The notes: generated by a model from the sequence alone, not told the origin. Positions 10,129 through 20,603 are shown, counted from the first letter of the stretch. The stretch: 64,000 nt of DNA from an uncultured Chloroflexia bacterium (GCA_963724295.1 CAVRUC010000004.1:288001-352000), one strand, 5' to 3'. Translations and numbers: made by a program.

Positions 10129-11118
10129 CCGTCGTTCTTGCTCCGGTTGATGGCTCGACTCGCGCCCTGCGCGCTGTGCCCTGGGCCGCCAAGCTCGCTG
10201 GCCCGAGCGGCACGGTTGTCCTCCTCCGCGTCGTCCCAGCACAGCCCGCGTATGCGGAAACACTCTTCTCGTTGGTCGGCGACGAGGACACCGTTCAGGG
10301 GATTCAGGACGCCTGGACTCAGATCGCCAGGACGGACATGGATGAGGCCGCGGCACTGCTCTCAGGGATCTGGTGTCGCCGTGGAGCAGATGATGGCGGA
10401 GGGCGAGCCGGACGAAGAGATCGTGGCCGCCGCCGCACAGCGCGGGGTCGAGATGATCGCCATGGCCAGTCATGGCCGGGGCGCCGTAGGTCGCGCCATT
10501 TTCGGCAGCGTCGCCGACCGTGTCGCTCGCACCGCACCGGTACCGATCCTGATCCTCCGCGTGCCCGACGAGGATGTGGACCACGGCGTCGTCGTCTCAC
10601 GCATCGTCGTCCCACTCGACGGTTCGCAGATTGCCGAACGGGCGCTGCCGGTCGCCGGCCAACTGTCCAGGCAGCTCGCCGCCCCGGTGCACATCGTGCG
10701 CGCGGTCGACCCGGCATCGACGCTCCCGATGGCATCTGGCGTCTTCGGCGCGGCGCCGGCGCTTAGTACCGATGTGACGGATCAGATCTGGGAGGAAGCG
10801 GAATCGGAAGCACGGTCGACAGTGACCGCGGCGGTATCGCGATTGCAGGCCGAGGAGATCGATGCGTCGGGCGGTATTCTCAACGGCTCGCCCTTCTTCG
10901 CCATCAGTGAAGCGACCCAGGCAGGTGACCTTCTCGTCTTGACCTCGCACGGTCGCGGCGGCGTCCGGCGCTGGCTCCTCGGTAGCGTCGCCGAAAAGCT
11001 CGTGCGCGAAGCCGATGCTCCGGTGCTGCTCGTTCCCGCCCCGGAACGGGACCAATCCCACGCTACCATTCCCTCTGGCACTTTCGGGACCGAGGCGCCA
11101 GGAGCAAGAGGCACGTGA
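10125..11118 (+). CDS. Tandem universal stress protein with one apparent frameshift near 10365
   Basis: VLAPVDGS in one frame continues as ASHGRG..FGSVADRV and a second USP domain (VPLDGS, SHGRGG..LLGSVAEK) in another frame. Confidence 0.85.
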
Positions 11119-12413
11119 CTACGACCGCGCCAATCGTCGCCAACGCCATCACGGAGGCACGAGCCCGAGGACTCGGTCCGTTCGAGTACCTCCAATCGCG
11201 CGGCTACGTGCAGGACGTCTCCGATCCGGATGGGCTGCGGCAGGCGTTCGCTGACGGCGTCGTCACCGCCTACATCGGCTTCGACCCGACGGCGCCGTCG
11301 CTGCACGTCGGTCACATGCTGGGCATGATGATGCTGGCCTCATTGCAGCGGTTCGGCCACCGGCCGATCGCGCTTGGCGGCGGTGGCACCGCGCTCGTTG
11401 GCGATCCCACCGGCAAGACCTCGACGAGGGCCATCGCCTCCGAGGGGGAGATTCGCTCCAATCTGGAGAGCATCCTGCCGCAGTTCGAGCGCTACCTCGA
11501 TTTCGAGGGGCACCGCTGGGGCGCCAATCCGCCGGCCTTGCTGCTCAACAATGCCGACTGGTTGCTCTCATTGCATTACATCCCGTTCTTGCGTGATATC
11601 GGCCGCCATTTCTCGGTCAACGAGATGTTGGCCGCGGAGACCTACCGCACGAGATTGGAGACGACCGGGCTCAACTTCGTGGAGTTCAACTACCGACTGG
11701 TTCAGGCCTATGACTTCCTCCACCTCTTCCGCGAGGAAAACTGCACCTTGCAGATGGGTGGGTCTGATCAGTGGGGGAATATCGTCGCCGGCGTCGAGCT
11801 CATCCGAAAGGCCGACGCTGGGCAGGCCTTTGCGCTCGTCTGTCCGCTGCTGACGACCGCCTCCGGCGAGAAGATGGGCAAGAGCGAAGGCAATTCCCTC
11901 TGGCTCGACCCGGACCTGACACCACCGTACGACTTCTACCAGTACTGGATCAATGTCGACGACGCCGACGTCGAGCGCTTGCTCCGGCTCTACACCTTCC
12001 TGCCGGAGTCACGCATCGAGGAGCTCACCCACGCTGAGGGAGTCGAGCTGCGCGAGGCGAAGCAGGCGCTGGCGCGCGAGGTAACGACGCTGACCCACGG
12101 TGAGGCGGCGGCAGCCTCCGCTGAGGCGGCGACACGCGCCCTCTTCAGCGGCGCCCCGGATATTGCCGACCCGAACATCCCGACCACCGAGATCGCGGCG
12201 GATGAAGCCACCGGCATGTCCCTGGCCGATCTGTTTGTACGAGCCGGGCTCGTACCATCGCGCGGCGAAGCCCGGCGCAAGGCTACGGAAGGCGCCCTCT
12301 GGATGGACGGCGAGCGGCTGGAGAACGTTGACGCGCCATTCAAACCGGGCCGCGATGCCACGCTGCTTCGCTTCGGCAAGAAGCGACACCGCCGTATTCG
12401 TGTGGTGTCCTGA
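11115..12413 (+). CDS. tyrS: Tyrosine--tRNA ligase
   Basis: YIGFDPTAPSLHVGH (HIGH), QAYDF, QMGGSDQWGNI, KMGKS and a C-terminal S4-like domain. Confidence 0.98.
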   Translation: MTTTAPIVANAITEARARGLGPFEYLQSRGYVQDVSDPDGLRQAFADGVVTAYIGFDPTAPSLHVGHMLGMMMLASLQRFGHRPIALGGGGTALVGDPTGKTSTRAIASEGEIRSNLESILPQFERYLDFEGHRWGANPPALLLNNADWLLSLHYIPFLRDIGRHFSVNEMLAAETYRTRLETTGLNFVEFNYRLVQAYDFLHLFREENCTLQMGGSDQWGNIVAGVELIRKADAGQAFALVCPLLTTASGEKMGKSEGNSLWLDPDLTPPYDFYQYWINVDDADVERLLRLYTFLPESRIEELTHAEGVELREAKQALAREVTTLTHGEAAAASAEAATRALFSGAPDIADPNIPTTEIAADEATGMSLADLFVRAGLVPSRGEARRKATEGALWMDGERLENVDAPFKPGRDATLLRFGKKRHRRIRVVS

Positions 12414-12434
12414 CCGAAATTGTCCCGGATGCGA

Positions 12435-12986
12435 TCAGTCGCCCAGGCCGGGGATGGCGCGCCGGATGACGTCGATATCGGGGAGCGCATCGAGTAATCC
12501 CGCCAGCAGCAGCAGGTCACCGGCGACGACGAGCACGAGGAGCGCCAGGGGACCGGCCGGCCCACCCTGGCGCAGCAAGCGCCCCATGCCAAGGAAATTG
12601 ACACTGGCGCCGACGAAGATTACCCAGATCAGTCCCACCAGAAATCCACCCAGGAGCTGTGCTTGGGTGTGCGCGAGGTCTCTGGAGAGCAATGCGGCAA
12701 CATTGAGGATTCCGAGCACGATACCGGGCAGCAGGAGCAGCGCCACAGCACCCCATGCGCCCTGGGCGGAGCGCGCCTGGCGCGGCATGCGGGCCGGCCG
12801 CCGTTGGTGTGGCCACGCGCCCTCGGTCGCTGTTTCGACTGACTGGATGGTGAAAACCAGGGCGACACAGAGACCAATCAGGAGCCAGACCCGGCTGTCG
12901 TCCAGCCGGAGCACCTCGCGGATTTCTTCGAACGACACCCTGTTCTCCCTGGTCGCCGGGGCGACAACGCGGCGCGAGGGTAGCAC
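12435..12986 (-). CDS. Hypothetical membrane protein with about 4 TM segments; start may be GTG near 12938
   Basis: Several hydrophobic segments; fills the gap between tyrS and the esterase. Confidence 0.6.
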   Translation of the reverse strand: MLPSRRVVAPATRENRVSFEEIREVLRLDDSRVWLLIGLCVALVFTIQSVETATEGAWPHQRRPARMPRQARSAQGAWGAVALLLLPGIVLGILNVAALLSRDLAHTQAQLLGGFLVGLIWVIFVGASVNFLGMGRLLRQGGPAGPLALLVLVVAGDLLLLAGLLDALPDIDVIRRAIPGLGD

Positions 12987-13105
12987 AGGATGCCCCGCGC
13001 AACTGAACGTCTCGTGACACCAACTGGCTCGCGGCGCCTCGATCGCCGCACCGTCGGTACACGGACGACCGTCGCCGCGCGATCGACCGGTTCACGATTC
13101 GAGAC

Positions 13106-13936
13106 GTGGTTCAGCACGTGAACGAAATGTTTTATGCCGACCCCGAGCACCGACCCTTCCTCTTTGCGGCGGGGTCCTCCCGCGCGCTCCTCATCCATGG
13201 TTTCCTGGGCTCACCCCGTGAACTGCGGCCATTGGCCCAGGAGCTCGCGAGCGCCGGTGTCACGGCTCGCGGCGTGCTCCTGCCAGGCTTTGGCGCGGAT
13301 ATCGCGCGTTTGAAAGAGGTGCGGGCCGAGGAATGGCTCGCTGCGGCTCGAACCGCCTGGGAGGAGACCCGCGCAGGCGCCTCCCGTACCACCTTGATTG
13401 GGTTCTCCATGGGCGGCGCGGTCGCACTGCGGCTTGCCGCGGAAGCCGGGTTGGCCCCGGATCAGCTCATCCTGCTGGCGCCGCACTGGAAATTCGCCGA
13501 CCGCCGCGCGGTCGTCCTTCCCGTGGCCAAGTACGTGCTCCGAGAGTTCAAACCGTTCGGCCGAATCGACTTTGATAGTCCCGACATGCGCCGGATGCTC
13601 GCGGAACTGGCCCCAGGCGCCGACCTCGACGATCCCCAGGTGCGCCATGCGCTTCGCAACTCCGCCACGATTCCCACCCGTGCCCTCGATGAGCTGCGCC
13701 GGGTCGGCCGTGGCGCGGCCGCGAGCGCGTCGCGCGTTTCCGCACCGGCCACCATTGTGCAGGGCGTGCAGGACACCGCGACGCTGCCGGCCTATTCGCG
13801 CCAACTTGCCGCGCGCATGGGCGCTGAGTTGCGTGAAATTCCGGGAGATCACATGATCGTCGATCCGGAGCGCCCCTCCTGGAGCTCGGTGAGGGACCTT
13901 GTGGTCAGGCTTGCGGCCGGAAGCGGAGCGGCATGA
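13106..13936 (+). CDS. Alpha/beta-fold carboxylesterase
   Basis: LLIHGFLGSP oxyanion motif, GFSMGG nucleophile elbow, Asp (VQD) and His (GDH). Confidence 0.88.
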   Translation: MVQHVNEMFYADPEHRPFLFAAGSSRALLIHGFLGSPRELRPLAQELASAGVTARGVLLPGFGADIARLKEVRAEEWLAAARTAWEETRAGASRTTLIGFSMGGAVALRLAAEAGLAPDQLILLAPHWKFADRRAVVLPVAKYVLREFKPFGRIDFDSPDMRRMLAELAPGADLDDPQVRHALRNSATIPTRALDELRRVGRGAAASASRVSAPATIVQGVQDTATLPAYSRQLAARMGAELREIPGDHMIVDPERPSWSSVRDLVVRLAAGSGAA

Positions 13937-13957
13937 GGCGCTGCAGCGAGTTGCTCG

Positions 13958-14791
13958 CTACGATGGTGACGCGTATCCCGCTTCCCGCAGCGCGGTCAGC
14001 TCTCGCTCGCCACGCTCGCGCAAGGCGGCCAACCAGTCCTCTCGATGGGGCCGTAGCATCTCCGCCAGCGCTTGGGCGACGGCCAGGTTGCGGTACCACT
14101 TGCGGTCGGAGGGAACCACGTACCAGGGCGCCCAGGACGTGGCTGTCGCGTTGATAGCTGCCTGGTAGGCCGCCATGTACTCGTCCCAGCGCTGCCGCTC
14201 TTGCCAGTCGCCGAGCGACAGCTTCCACCACTTTGCGACCTCTTCCTGCCGCGCCAACAGACGCCCCTCCTGCTCCGCTTTGCTGATGTGGAGAAAGAAT
14301 TTCGCGACGAAGGTCCGCGACTGATCGAGCAGCAACTCGAAGTCGTTGATGTGTGGATAGCGGCTGACCGCTATCTCGGGCGAGACGATCCCTTGCACCA
14401 GCTCGACGAGGACCGCCTCATAGTAGGAGCGATTGAAGACCACGACCGACGACAACGCCGGCGTGCGCAGGTGATGACGCCACAGGAAGTCGTGCGCTCG
14501 CTCCTCCGCGGTTGGAACCTTGAACGACCAGACATGGACACCGGCCGCATTCATGTCGTTCAGAACCGCCCGGATCGTGCCGTCCTTGCCGGAGGTGTCC
14601 ATGCCCTGGAGGACAATCAGCAGCGCGTCGGTCCCGGCTGCGAACAACAGCTCCTGGAGCTCGCCGAGCTCCTTGACCAACGCCTCGAACTCCACTTTTC
14701 CGGCTTCCTTGGAGATCTCGCTGTCACCCCGGGTATCGAGGGCCGCAAGATCGACTGCCTGGCTTCCGTCGCAGCGGAGCGCGTATCCCAT
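13958..14791 (-). CDS. ppk2: Polyphosphate kinase 2 family protein
   Basis: LQGMDTSGKDG Walker A, SFKVPT, HDFLWR, FNRSYYE and APWYVVPSDRKWYRN. Confidence 0.93.
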   Translation of the reverse strand: MGYALRCDGSQAVDLAALDTRGDSEISKEAGKVEFEALVKELGELQELLFAAGTDALLIVLQGMDTSGKDGTIRAVLNDMNAAGVHVWSFKVPTAEERAHDFLWRHHLRTPALSSVVVFNRSYYEAVLVELVQGIVSPEIAVSRYPHINDFELLLDQSRTFVAKFFLHISKAEQEGRLLARQEEVAKWWKLSLGDWQERQRWDEYMAAYQAAINATATSWAPWYVVPSDRKWYRNLAVAQALAEMLRPHREDWLAALRERGERELTALREAGYASPS

Positions 14792-14896
14792 GCTTCCCAT
14801 CCAGTTTCCCGTCACGATTGGCTCGCGGTTCGTACCCCTGCGGGTGATCGTCCTTGATCAGAGGGGTATAGCCGATCGGCTGGGTTGTGGTCCTAC

Positions 14897-15735
14897 TCAG
14901 GTGAGCGTGACGCCCTCGATGGCAAGCAGGCGATGTTTGATACCGAGGCCGCCCGTGTAGCCGCCGATCGTGGCATCAGAGCGAATCACGCGGTGGCAGG
15001 GCACGATCACCGGGATCGGGTTTCGGCCGAGGGCGTTGCCAACCGCGCGCGTCGCCCCGGGTTTGCCGATCTTGCGCGCGATGCCCGCGTAGGTATCGAC
15101 GTGGCCGAAAGGCACTGTTGCCGTTGCCTCGAGCACCGCACGTTGAAAGGGGGCCATTCTCCCCCAGTCGAGCGGAATGTCGAACCGCGCGCGCTGGCCG
15201 CCGAAATACTCCCGTAGCTCAGACGCGGCACGCCGCAGGATCACTTGAACGTCGGGCGCCGCGTCCTCGATGCGCTCCAGTCGCACCGGTTCCACGCCGC
15301 GCTCTCGCTGCCGCCCCACGAAGGCAGAATCCGACACCTGAGATCCGAACTCGATCTCCCGCAAACCTTCGGGCGTCGCCGCCAGGATAAGCTCCCCGAT
15401 GGGGCTATCGATCCGCGTGTACCAGACCCGGTCTCGTCGCGGCAGCGCGACTGGCGGTGGCTCGCATGACTCCACCTCGATCGCTCCGACGGCGGTCAAG
15501 GCTTCGCCCAGCCGGTCGTAACGTCTCAGCTCGTTCGCGCAATAGTTGCAATCGTCGGTATGCTCGAGCAGCCAGCCTACATCGTGATTGAGAGAGATCG
15601 CCGACAACGCGAGCCGGCATCGCCTCGCACGCCACGTCGCAGGGATCGACGTCCGGCTTGCTGGCCGCCTCTTCGAGTCCGATTATTAATCGTCTGTCGC
15701 GATTCCTGCTCGGTCGGTCCATTCATAGAATTCAT
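14897..15735 (-). CDS. ogt: Zinc anti-sigma (ZAS) domain fused to methylated-DNA--protein-cysteine methyltransferase; two apparent frameshifts near 15680 and 15590
   Basis: C-terminal RAVGNALGRNPIPVIVPCHRV active site; N-terminal C..AM..VVGDL and LEHTDDCNYC (HxxxCxxC); ATG at 15735 after GGAGAAGG RBS. Confidence 0.88.
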
Positions 15736-15758
15736 CCTTCTCCAATGCGGGTCGGCCA

Positions 15759-16334
15759 TCAAATTCGGTCTCCGAACCGGTCGCGCAGCTTTCGTAGCGC
15801 CTCGTGCACGCTGCGGCGAGCGGCCTCCTCGGAGCAGCCGAGTGTGGCCGCGATTTCCGGGTAACCAATGTCCAGGTACTTACGTTGCACCAGGGCTATG
15901 CGTTGCTTCGGCGGGAGGGCCTCGATGAAGCCCTCGACTTCGCGCAACAGATTTCCGGCGTCGAGCCGTCCGTCGTCGTCCCGGCTTGCGGCCGGAATGC
16001 TCTCCACGGTCGCTTCGGCGTCCAGGGAGCGCAAGCGCGATGTCTTCCGTTTGTCACTCAAGAATGTATTCGACGCGATACGGTAGAGCCAGGCGCGATG
16101 GTTGGCATCGCAGGGCAGCCGGTCCCAGGCCCGATATGCCTTGAGTGCGGTTTCCTGATAGAGGTCGTCCGCGTCGGTCCGGTTGCGCGTCAGGTGCAGG
16201 GCAAAGCGATAGATCTCGGCGCCGTACCGGGCCAGCGTCTCATCGAACGTCGCCTGTACTGCCGGTTCCAACATAGCCGCGCGCGCTGATCTCGCGACGG
16301 TCATCGGCGCTGCCGCCATCGCCGCCTCCGCCAC
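15759..16334 (-). CDS. ECF-family RNA polymerase sigma factor
   Basis: Region 2 (DADDLYQET, AWLYRIASN) and region 4 (LPPKQR, YPEIAATLG..RRSVHEALRKLR); GGAGG RBS. Confidence 0.92.
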   Translation of the reverse strand: MAEAAMAAAPMTVARSARAAMLEPAVQATFDETLARYGAEIYRFALHLTRNRTDADDLYQETALKAYRAWDRLPCDANHRAWLYRIASNTFLSDKRKTSRLRSLDAEATVESIPAASRDDDGRLDAGNLLREVEGFIEALPPKQRIALVQRKYLDIGYPEIAATLGCSEEAARRSVHEALRKLRDRFGDRI

Positions 16335-16451
16335 TATCGTTCCTCCCGATCATACCCGTTCGCCGTAGATCGTAAACAATTCCTGGTTCCACAATAAGAA
16401 ACGCACCGTCCGAAAATTTGTGAGATCACCATGTGGGAGTCATCCGACTAA

Positions 16452-16497
16452 CCATCACCCATCGCCCATGACCCATCACCGCACCACCCCATTACCC
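16452..16497. repeat. Degenerate 7-bp tandem repeat (CCCATCA-like)
   Basis: ccatcac ccatcgc ccatgac ccatcac visible in the intergenic region. Confidence 0.7.
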
Positions 16498-16599
16498 TCG
16501 TGGTAGTATCCGCCGGCGCGGCTCGTGCGTTATGGTCGATGGGACCGCACGCGCGACTTCTCTAGCTGCTCCGCCGCGATGAAGTGAGACTACCCGTCC

Positions 16600-19065
16600 A
16601 TGGCGTATAGATACAGTTCCAGCACGAACGGCAATCATCGCACCGTCAGCCGCACCAGCCTGCTACGTGGCCGCAGATCCTCCGGGGGCCGGCGCAAGAC
16701 GCTTCCACCGCACTTGCTTCCGGGCGTGGCCCGTCGCAGGTCCACCGCCGGCAAGGTGATCGGTGTGTTGGCGGGCCTTGCCGTCGCGTTTTTCCTCGTC
16801 TTTGCCGTCACCGTGGTTGCCGGCGCACTTTCGACGGCAGCCGCGGTGGCCGCGACGGTCCAGCAGTATCAGGAGATCAACGGGAGCCTGCCGAACGCGG
16901 CTAAAGTCTCCGCGGACGTCTTCCAGACAACCCGCATTCTCGATCGCAACGGTGTTCTCTTGCAGGAGATTGCCGATCAGGACTACGGCTGGCGCACGTT
17001 CGTCCCCTTCGAAAAGATCTCACCCTATCTGATCGAGGCCACCATTGCCTCCGAGGACGCCACCTTCTGGAGTCACGAAGGTGTCGAGCCGTACGCGATC
17101 GCCCGGGGCGCGATCATCATCGCCGGTGGCGAGGGATCATCCGGCGGCTCGACCATCACCCAGCAGCTCGTGCGCTCGGTGCATCCCGAGGCGATTGGCG
17201 CCGAGGTGTCGATCCAGCGCAAGTGGCGCGAGGGATTGGCGGCCATCGCGCTCGAGCGTCAATTCTCGAAGCACGACATCCTCACCATGTATCTCAATCA
17301 GATTTTTTACGGTAACCGCTCGTACGGCATCGAGGCGGCCGCCCAGACCTACTTCCACAAGTCGGCCGCTGAGCTGAACCTGTCCGAGGCATCGCTACTC
17401 GCCGGGATTCCCCAGCAGCCGACCAACTTCAACCCGGCGCTCTTTCCGGACAACGCCCATCGCCGGCAGAAATACGTCCTCGATCAGATGGTCAAGCTCG
17501 GCTACGTCACGCGCGCCGAGGCCAACGAGGCCTATGCGAACTGGCCAACCGTCTACCCCGCCCGTGATGGCGACGGAGCCGTCCTCGACCACCCGCATTT
17601 CGTCGAGTACGTGAAGCTCTATCTGGCCGAGAAGTACCCCGACAAAGACTTCACCAAGGGCGGGTTCAATATCTACACGACGATTGATACGGCATTGCAG
17701 GACCGCGCCGAGGAGCTCGTTGCCCAAAACGTCCAGAACCAGTTGCAGTACTACAACGCCCAGAATGCGGCGCTCACGATCGTGGTTCCCTGGAGTGGCG
17801 AAATCCTCGCTATGGTCGGATCGGCCGATTTCAACAATGCGGCGATCGAGGGGCAGGTCAACATCACCACCTCTGCCCAGCAGCCGGGGTCGGCCATCAA
17901 GCCGGTCGTCTACGCCGCGGCCTTCGAGCAGGGCTGGACCCCCGGTACCGTCGTTCTCGACGCGCCGATCAGGATCGAGACGCCGGGCGCGACTGATCCG
18001 GTAACCGGTGAGGATGTGCCCTTCTACGAGCCGCAGAACTACATGCGCAACTTCAATGGCGCCGTCACCGTGCGTACGGCGCTGGCCAACTCACTCAATA
18101 TCCCGGCGGTGAAGGCGGTCGAGTTCGCGGGGGGAGCCGAGGCGATTGTCGCCATGGCCCGGCGCATGGGCATCAAGCACGAGCTCGCACAGCCGCCGGC
18201 GGACTACGGGCTCTCCATTGCTCTCGGCTCGGGCGACGTCTGGCCACTGGAATTGACCAGTGCCTACTCCACGATCGCCAACATGGGCAAATATGTCCCG
18301 GTGACGCCGGTCCTGAAGATCACCGACAGCGAGGACAACGTCCTCTATGAGCTCGATCGGGACAACACCCTGAAACAGGCCGAGCAGGCCATCCGGCCCG
18401 CAATCGCCTACCAGCTCATCTCCATCCTGACCGACAACGAGAGCCGGGCCATGATCTTCACCCGGCAGAATCTGTTCGGTCAGACGCAGCAGACGCTGGG
18501 ACGACCGACGGCCGCCAAATCGGGTACGACCAACGACTTCCGGGACATCTGGACGATGGGATTCACCACAGACGTCGCTATCGGCGTCTGGGTCGGGAAC
18601 ACGCGCAATGATCCGCTAGCCGAGATCGACGGCATCCAGGGCGCGGGACCGATCTGGTCGCAACTCATGATCGATATGCACACGCGCCCGGAGTTCATGC
18701 AACTGCTGCTCGGGCCAGATGGCCAACCGGTGCCCACCCAGTTCCCACGACCCGCCACCATCGTCGATGGCGCCGTCTGTGAAGCGACCGGTGGGCTTCC
18801 GATCGATGATTGGTCGAACCGCGGTGAACTGCTCGAGGTCGGAGGCGCCCCCGCGCTGCGCTGCGATCAGCTCACCCCCTGGCAGTACAAGGATCTGGCG
18901 CGTACGCTCGATCAGTTGAAAAGACGGGGCGGCAATATGGGTGGCGGAGCCGTCGATACCATCCAACGCTACGCTAGAGCGGTGCGATTCAATGAGCCGG
19001 GTAACTCCCTACCCACGTTCCCGCATCCGGCTCCACCCGAAGCACCTCGCAGCGCATCTGGATAA
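16600..19065 (+). CDS. Class A penicillin-binding protein (transglycosylase/transpeptidase)
   Basis: TM anchor; EDATFWSHEG, GGSTITQQL and YLNQIFYG; transpeptidase motifs SAIK, SLN and KSGT. Confidence 0.95.
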   Translation: MAYRYSSSTNGNHRTVSRTSLLRGRRSSGGRRKTLPPHLLPGVARRRSTAGKVIGVLAGLAVAFFLVFAVTVVAGALSTAAAVAATVQQYQEINGSLPNAAKVSADVFQTTRILDRNGVLLQEIADQDYGWRTFVPFEKISPYLIEATIASEDATFWSHEGVEPYAIARGAIIIAGGEGSSGGSTITQQLVRSVHPEAIGAEVSIQRKWREGLAAIALERQFSKHDILTMYLNQIFYGNRSYGIEAAAQTYFHKSAAELNLSEASLLAGIPQQPTNFNPALFPDNAHRRQKYVLDQMVKLGYVTRAEANEAYANWPTVYPARDGDGAVLDHPHFVEYVKLYLAEKYPDKDFTKGGFNIYTTIDTALQDRAEELVAQNVQNQLQYYNAQNAALTIVVPWSGEILAMVGSADFNNAAIEGQVNITTSAQQPGSAIKPVVYAAAFEQGWTPGTVVLDAPIRIETPGATDPVTGEDVPFYEPQNYMRNFNGAVTVRTALANSLNIPAVKAVEFAGGAEAIVAMARRMGIKHELAQPPADYGLSIALGSGDVWPLELTSAYSTIANMGKYVPVTPVLKITDSEDNVLYELDRDNTLKQAEQAIRPAIAYQLISILTDNESRAMIFTRQNLFGQTQQTLGRPTAAKSGTTNDFRDIWTMGFTTDVAIGVWVGNTRNDPLAEIDGIQGAGPIWSQLMIDMHTRPEFMQLLLGPDGQPVPTQFPRPATIVDGAVCEATGGLPIDDWSNRGELLEVGGAPALRCDQLTPWQYKDLARTLDQLKRRGGNMGGGAVDTIQRYARAVRFNEPGNSLPTFPHPAPPEAPRSASG

Positions 19066-19136
19066 GCGCGGCTCTTCTCAGATAGCGCGGTCACCGCGGC
19101 TGGACTGACGCCGGTCCGATTGCCCGCGCCAGGCTG

Positions 19137-19715
19137 CTACGCCGCGGCGGGGCGCCGTCCTCTCGGCCGGCCCGGGCGCTTGGTCGTCTCCCCAATCGAT
19201 CCGTCCTCGGGGACCGCCCTGCGGCGGCGGCGGGTGAGTCGCGACCGCTGCACTGTCAGCCCCTCCGGCGCCGTGACTGGCCGGTAGGGCACCGGCGACG
19301 ACAGGACGATCGTCGTCTGGCAGCGGGCGCCGGTCTCGCTCAGGTCGTCGACGATCTTCTCGAGGGTTGCCATGTCCGGCACATGGACTTTCACCAGATG
19401 GGTGGCGTCCCCCGTGGTGCGATGCACCTCGGCGACCGCCGCCTGCTGCTGCACCTGGCGGCTGAAGGCTTCGTGATGGGGCCGGTCGACCGTGGCTGCG
19501 ATCAACGCGCTGATCGGTCGCCCCAGCGCAGCCGGCGCCACGATGGCCCGGTAGCCCGAGATGACACCACGCTCCTCGAGCCGGCGCACGCGCTCGATCA
19601 TGGCCGGGCTCGAGAGGCCGACTTGCTCCGCCAGCGACTTCATCGTCAACCGGCCGTTCTCCTGCAACGCCGCAAGGATCTGCTCGTCGAGCGAATCGAC
19701 CTGATTTACCACCAT
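19137..19715 (-). CDS. Lrp/AsnC family transcriptional regulator
   Basis: LDEQILAALQENGR..LAEQVGLSSPA..ERVRRLEERGVI and HRTTGD. Confidence 0.92.
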   Translation of the reverse strand: MVVNQVDSLDEQILAALQENGRLTMKSLAEQVGLSSPAMIERVRRLEERGVISGYRAIVAPAALGRPISALIAATVDRPHHEAFSRQVQQQAAVAEVHRTTGDATHLVKVHVPDMATLEKIVDDLSETGARCQTTIVLSSPVPYRPVTAPEGLTVQRSRLTRRRRRAVPEDGSIGETTKRPGRPRGRRPAAA

Positions 19716-19897
19716 GCTTGCCGCTCCCCACTCCCCACCCAAACCTACGGAAATGTGGTCTGTACGGACGCGTCCCTTCCCGCGTGGACCCGTAGTGCCG
19801 TCACCGGCTCGCAGCCGTAGGTATTCTGGCAGTCTATGCGGCTGCCACACCCCACGCAAGCGTTCCCTCGTCCGGACGTTCTCGCGCGAGTCGTCGC

Positions 19898-20566
19898 CTA
19901 CCGCGTTTTCGGTTGCCCATACGTGGCCAGGAACCGCTCGGTCATCCCGGGAATCAGGTCCTCAGGCACCAGGTCGGGCTCCTGACCACCATTGGCCGCG
20001 AGCGCGTGAACGTAGACCTTGGCCGACTCTTCGACGATCTCGGCGATGCCGAGCGCGGCGTCGAACGATGCCGCGAAGCAGATCAATCCGTGGTTCTTGA
20101 GGATCACGGACTTCGAGTCCGGGGTGAGAACCTCCAACACGCTCTCACCGAAATCAGGCGTCCCCGTCAATCCGTAGCGCGTCACTGGCACCCTCGGTCC
20201 TGCCACCAGACAGGTCTCGGTCAAGATCGGCGGCAGATAGGGACGAATGCACGAGACGACCGTCGAGTAGTGCGAATGCGTGTGCACAATGGCCCCGATA
20301 TCCGGCCGAGCGCGCATCACCATGGTGTGCAGCGGTGTTTCGGAGCTGGGCTTGCGACTCCCATCGACGACCTCTCCCCGGTCATCGACCACGACGACGT
20401 CGGCGGGCGTCACGGTCGGATACGGAATGCCGCTGGGTGAGATGGCGATGAGACCCGTCTCTGGGTCGCGGACGCTCATGTTGCCGGCGGTCCCGTGGAC
20501 GATGCCGCGCGCCAATGCGTCCAACCCGACCTGGACCACCTGCTTCCGTAGACCCTCGAGCAACAT
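19898..20566 (-). CDS. Class II aldolase/adducin family protein (fuculose-phosphate aldolase-like)
   Basis: GTAGNMSVR, KPSSETPLH, VHTHS and LKNHG Zn-ligand motifs. Confidence 0.92.
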   Translation of the reverse strand: MLLEGLRKQVVQVGLDALARGIVHGTAGNMSVRDPETGLIAISPSGIPYPTVTPADVVVVDDRGEVVDGSRKPSSETPLHTMVMRARPDIGAIVHTHSHYSTVVSCIRPYLPPILTETCLVAGPRVPVTRYGLTGTPDFGESVLEVLTPDSKSVILKNHGLICFAASFDAALGIAEIVEESAKVYVHALAANGGQEPDLVPEDLIPGMTERFLATYGQPKTR

Positions 20567-20603
20567 CCCCTGCTCTACTCCGTGACTGTCTCGCGCCACT
20601 CGC

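Noticed and set aside
11040..11115. T-box leader for tyrS
   Set aside because: The tyrS start overlaps the USP stop, leaving no leader, and no T-box consensus was seen.
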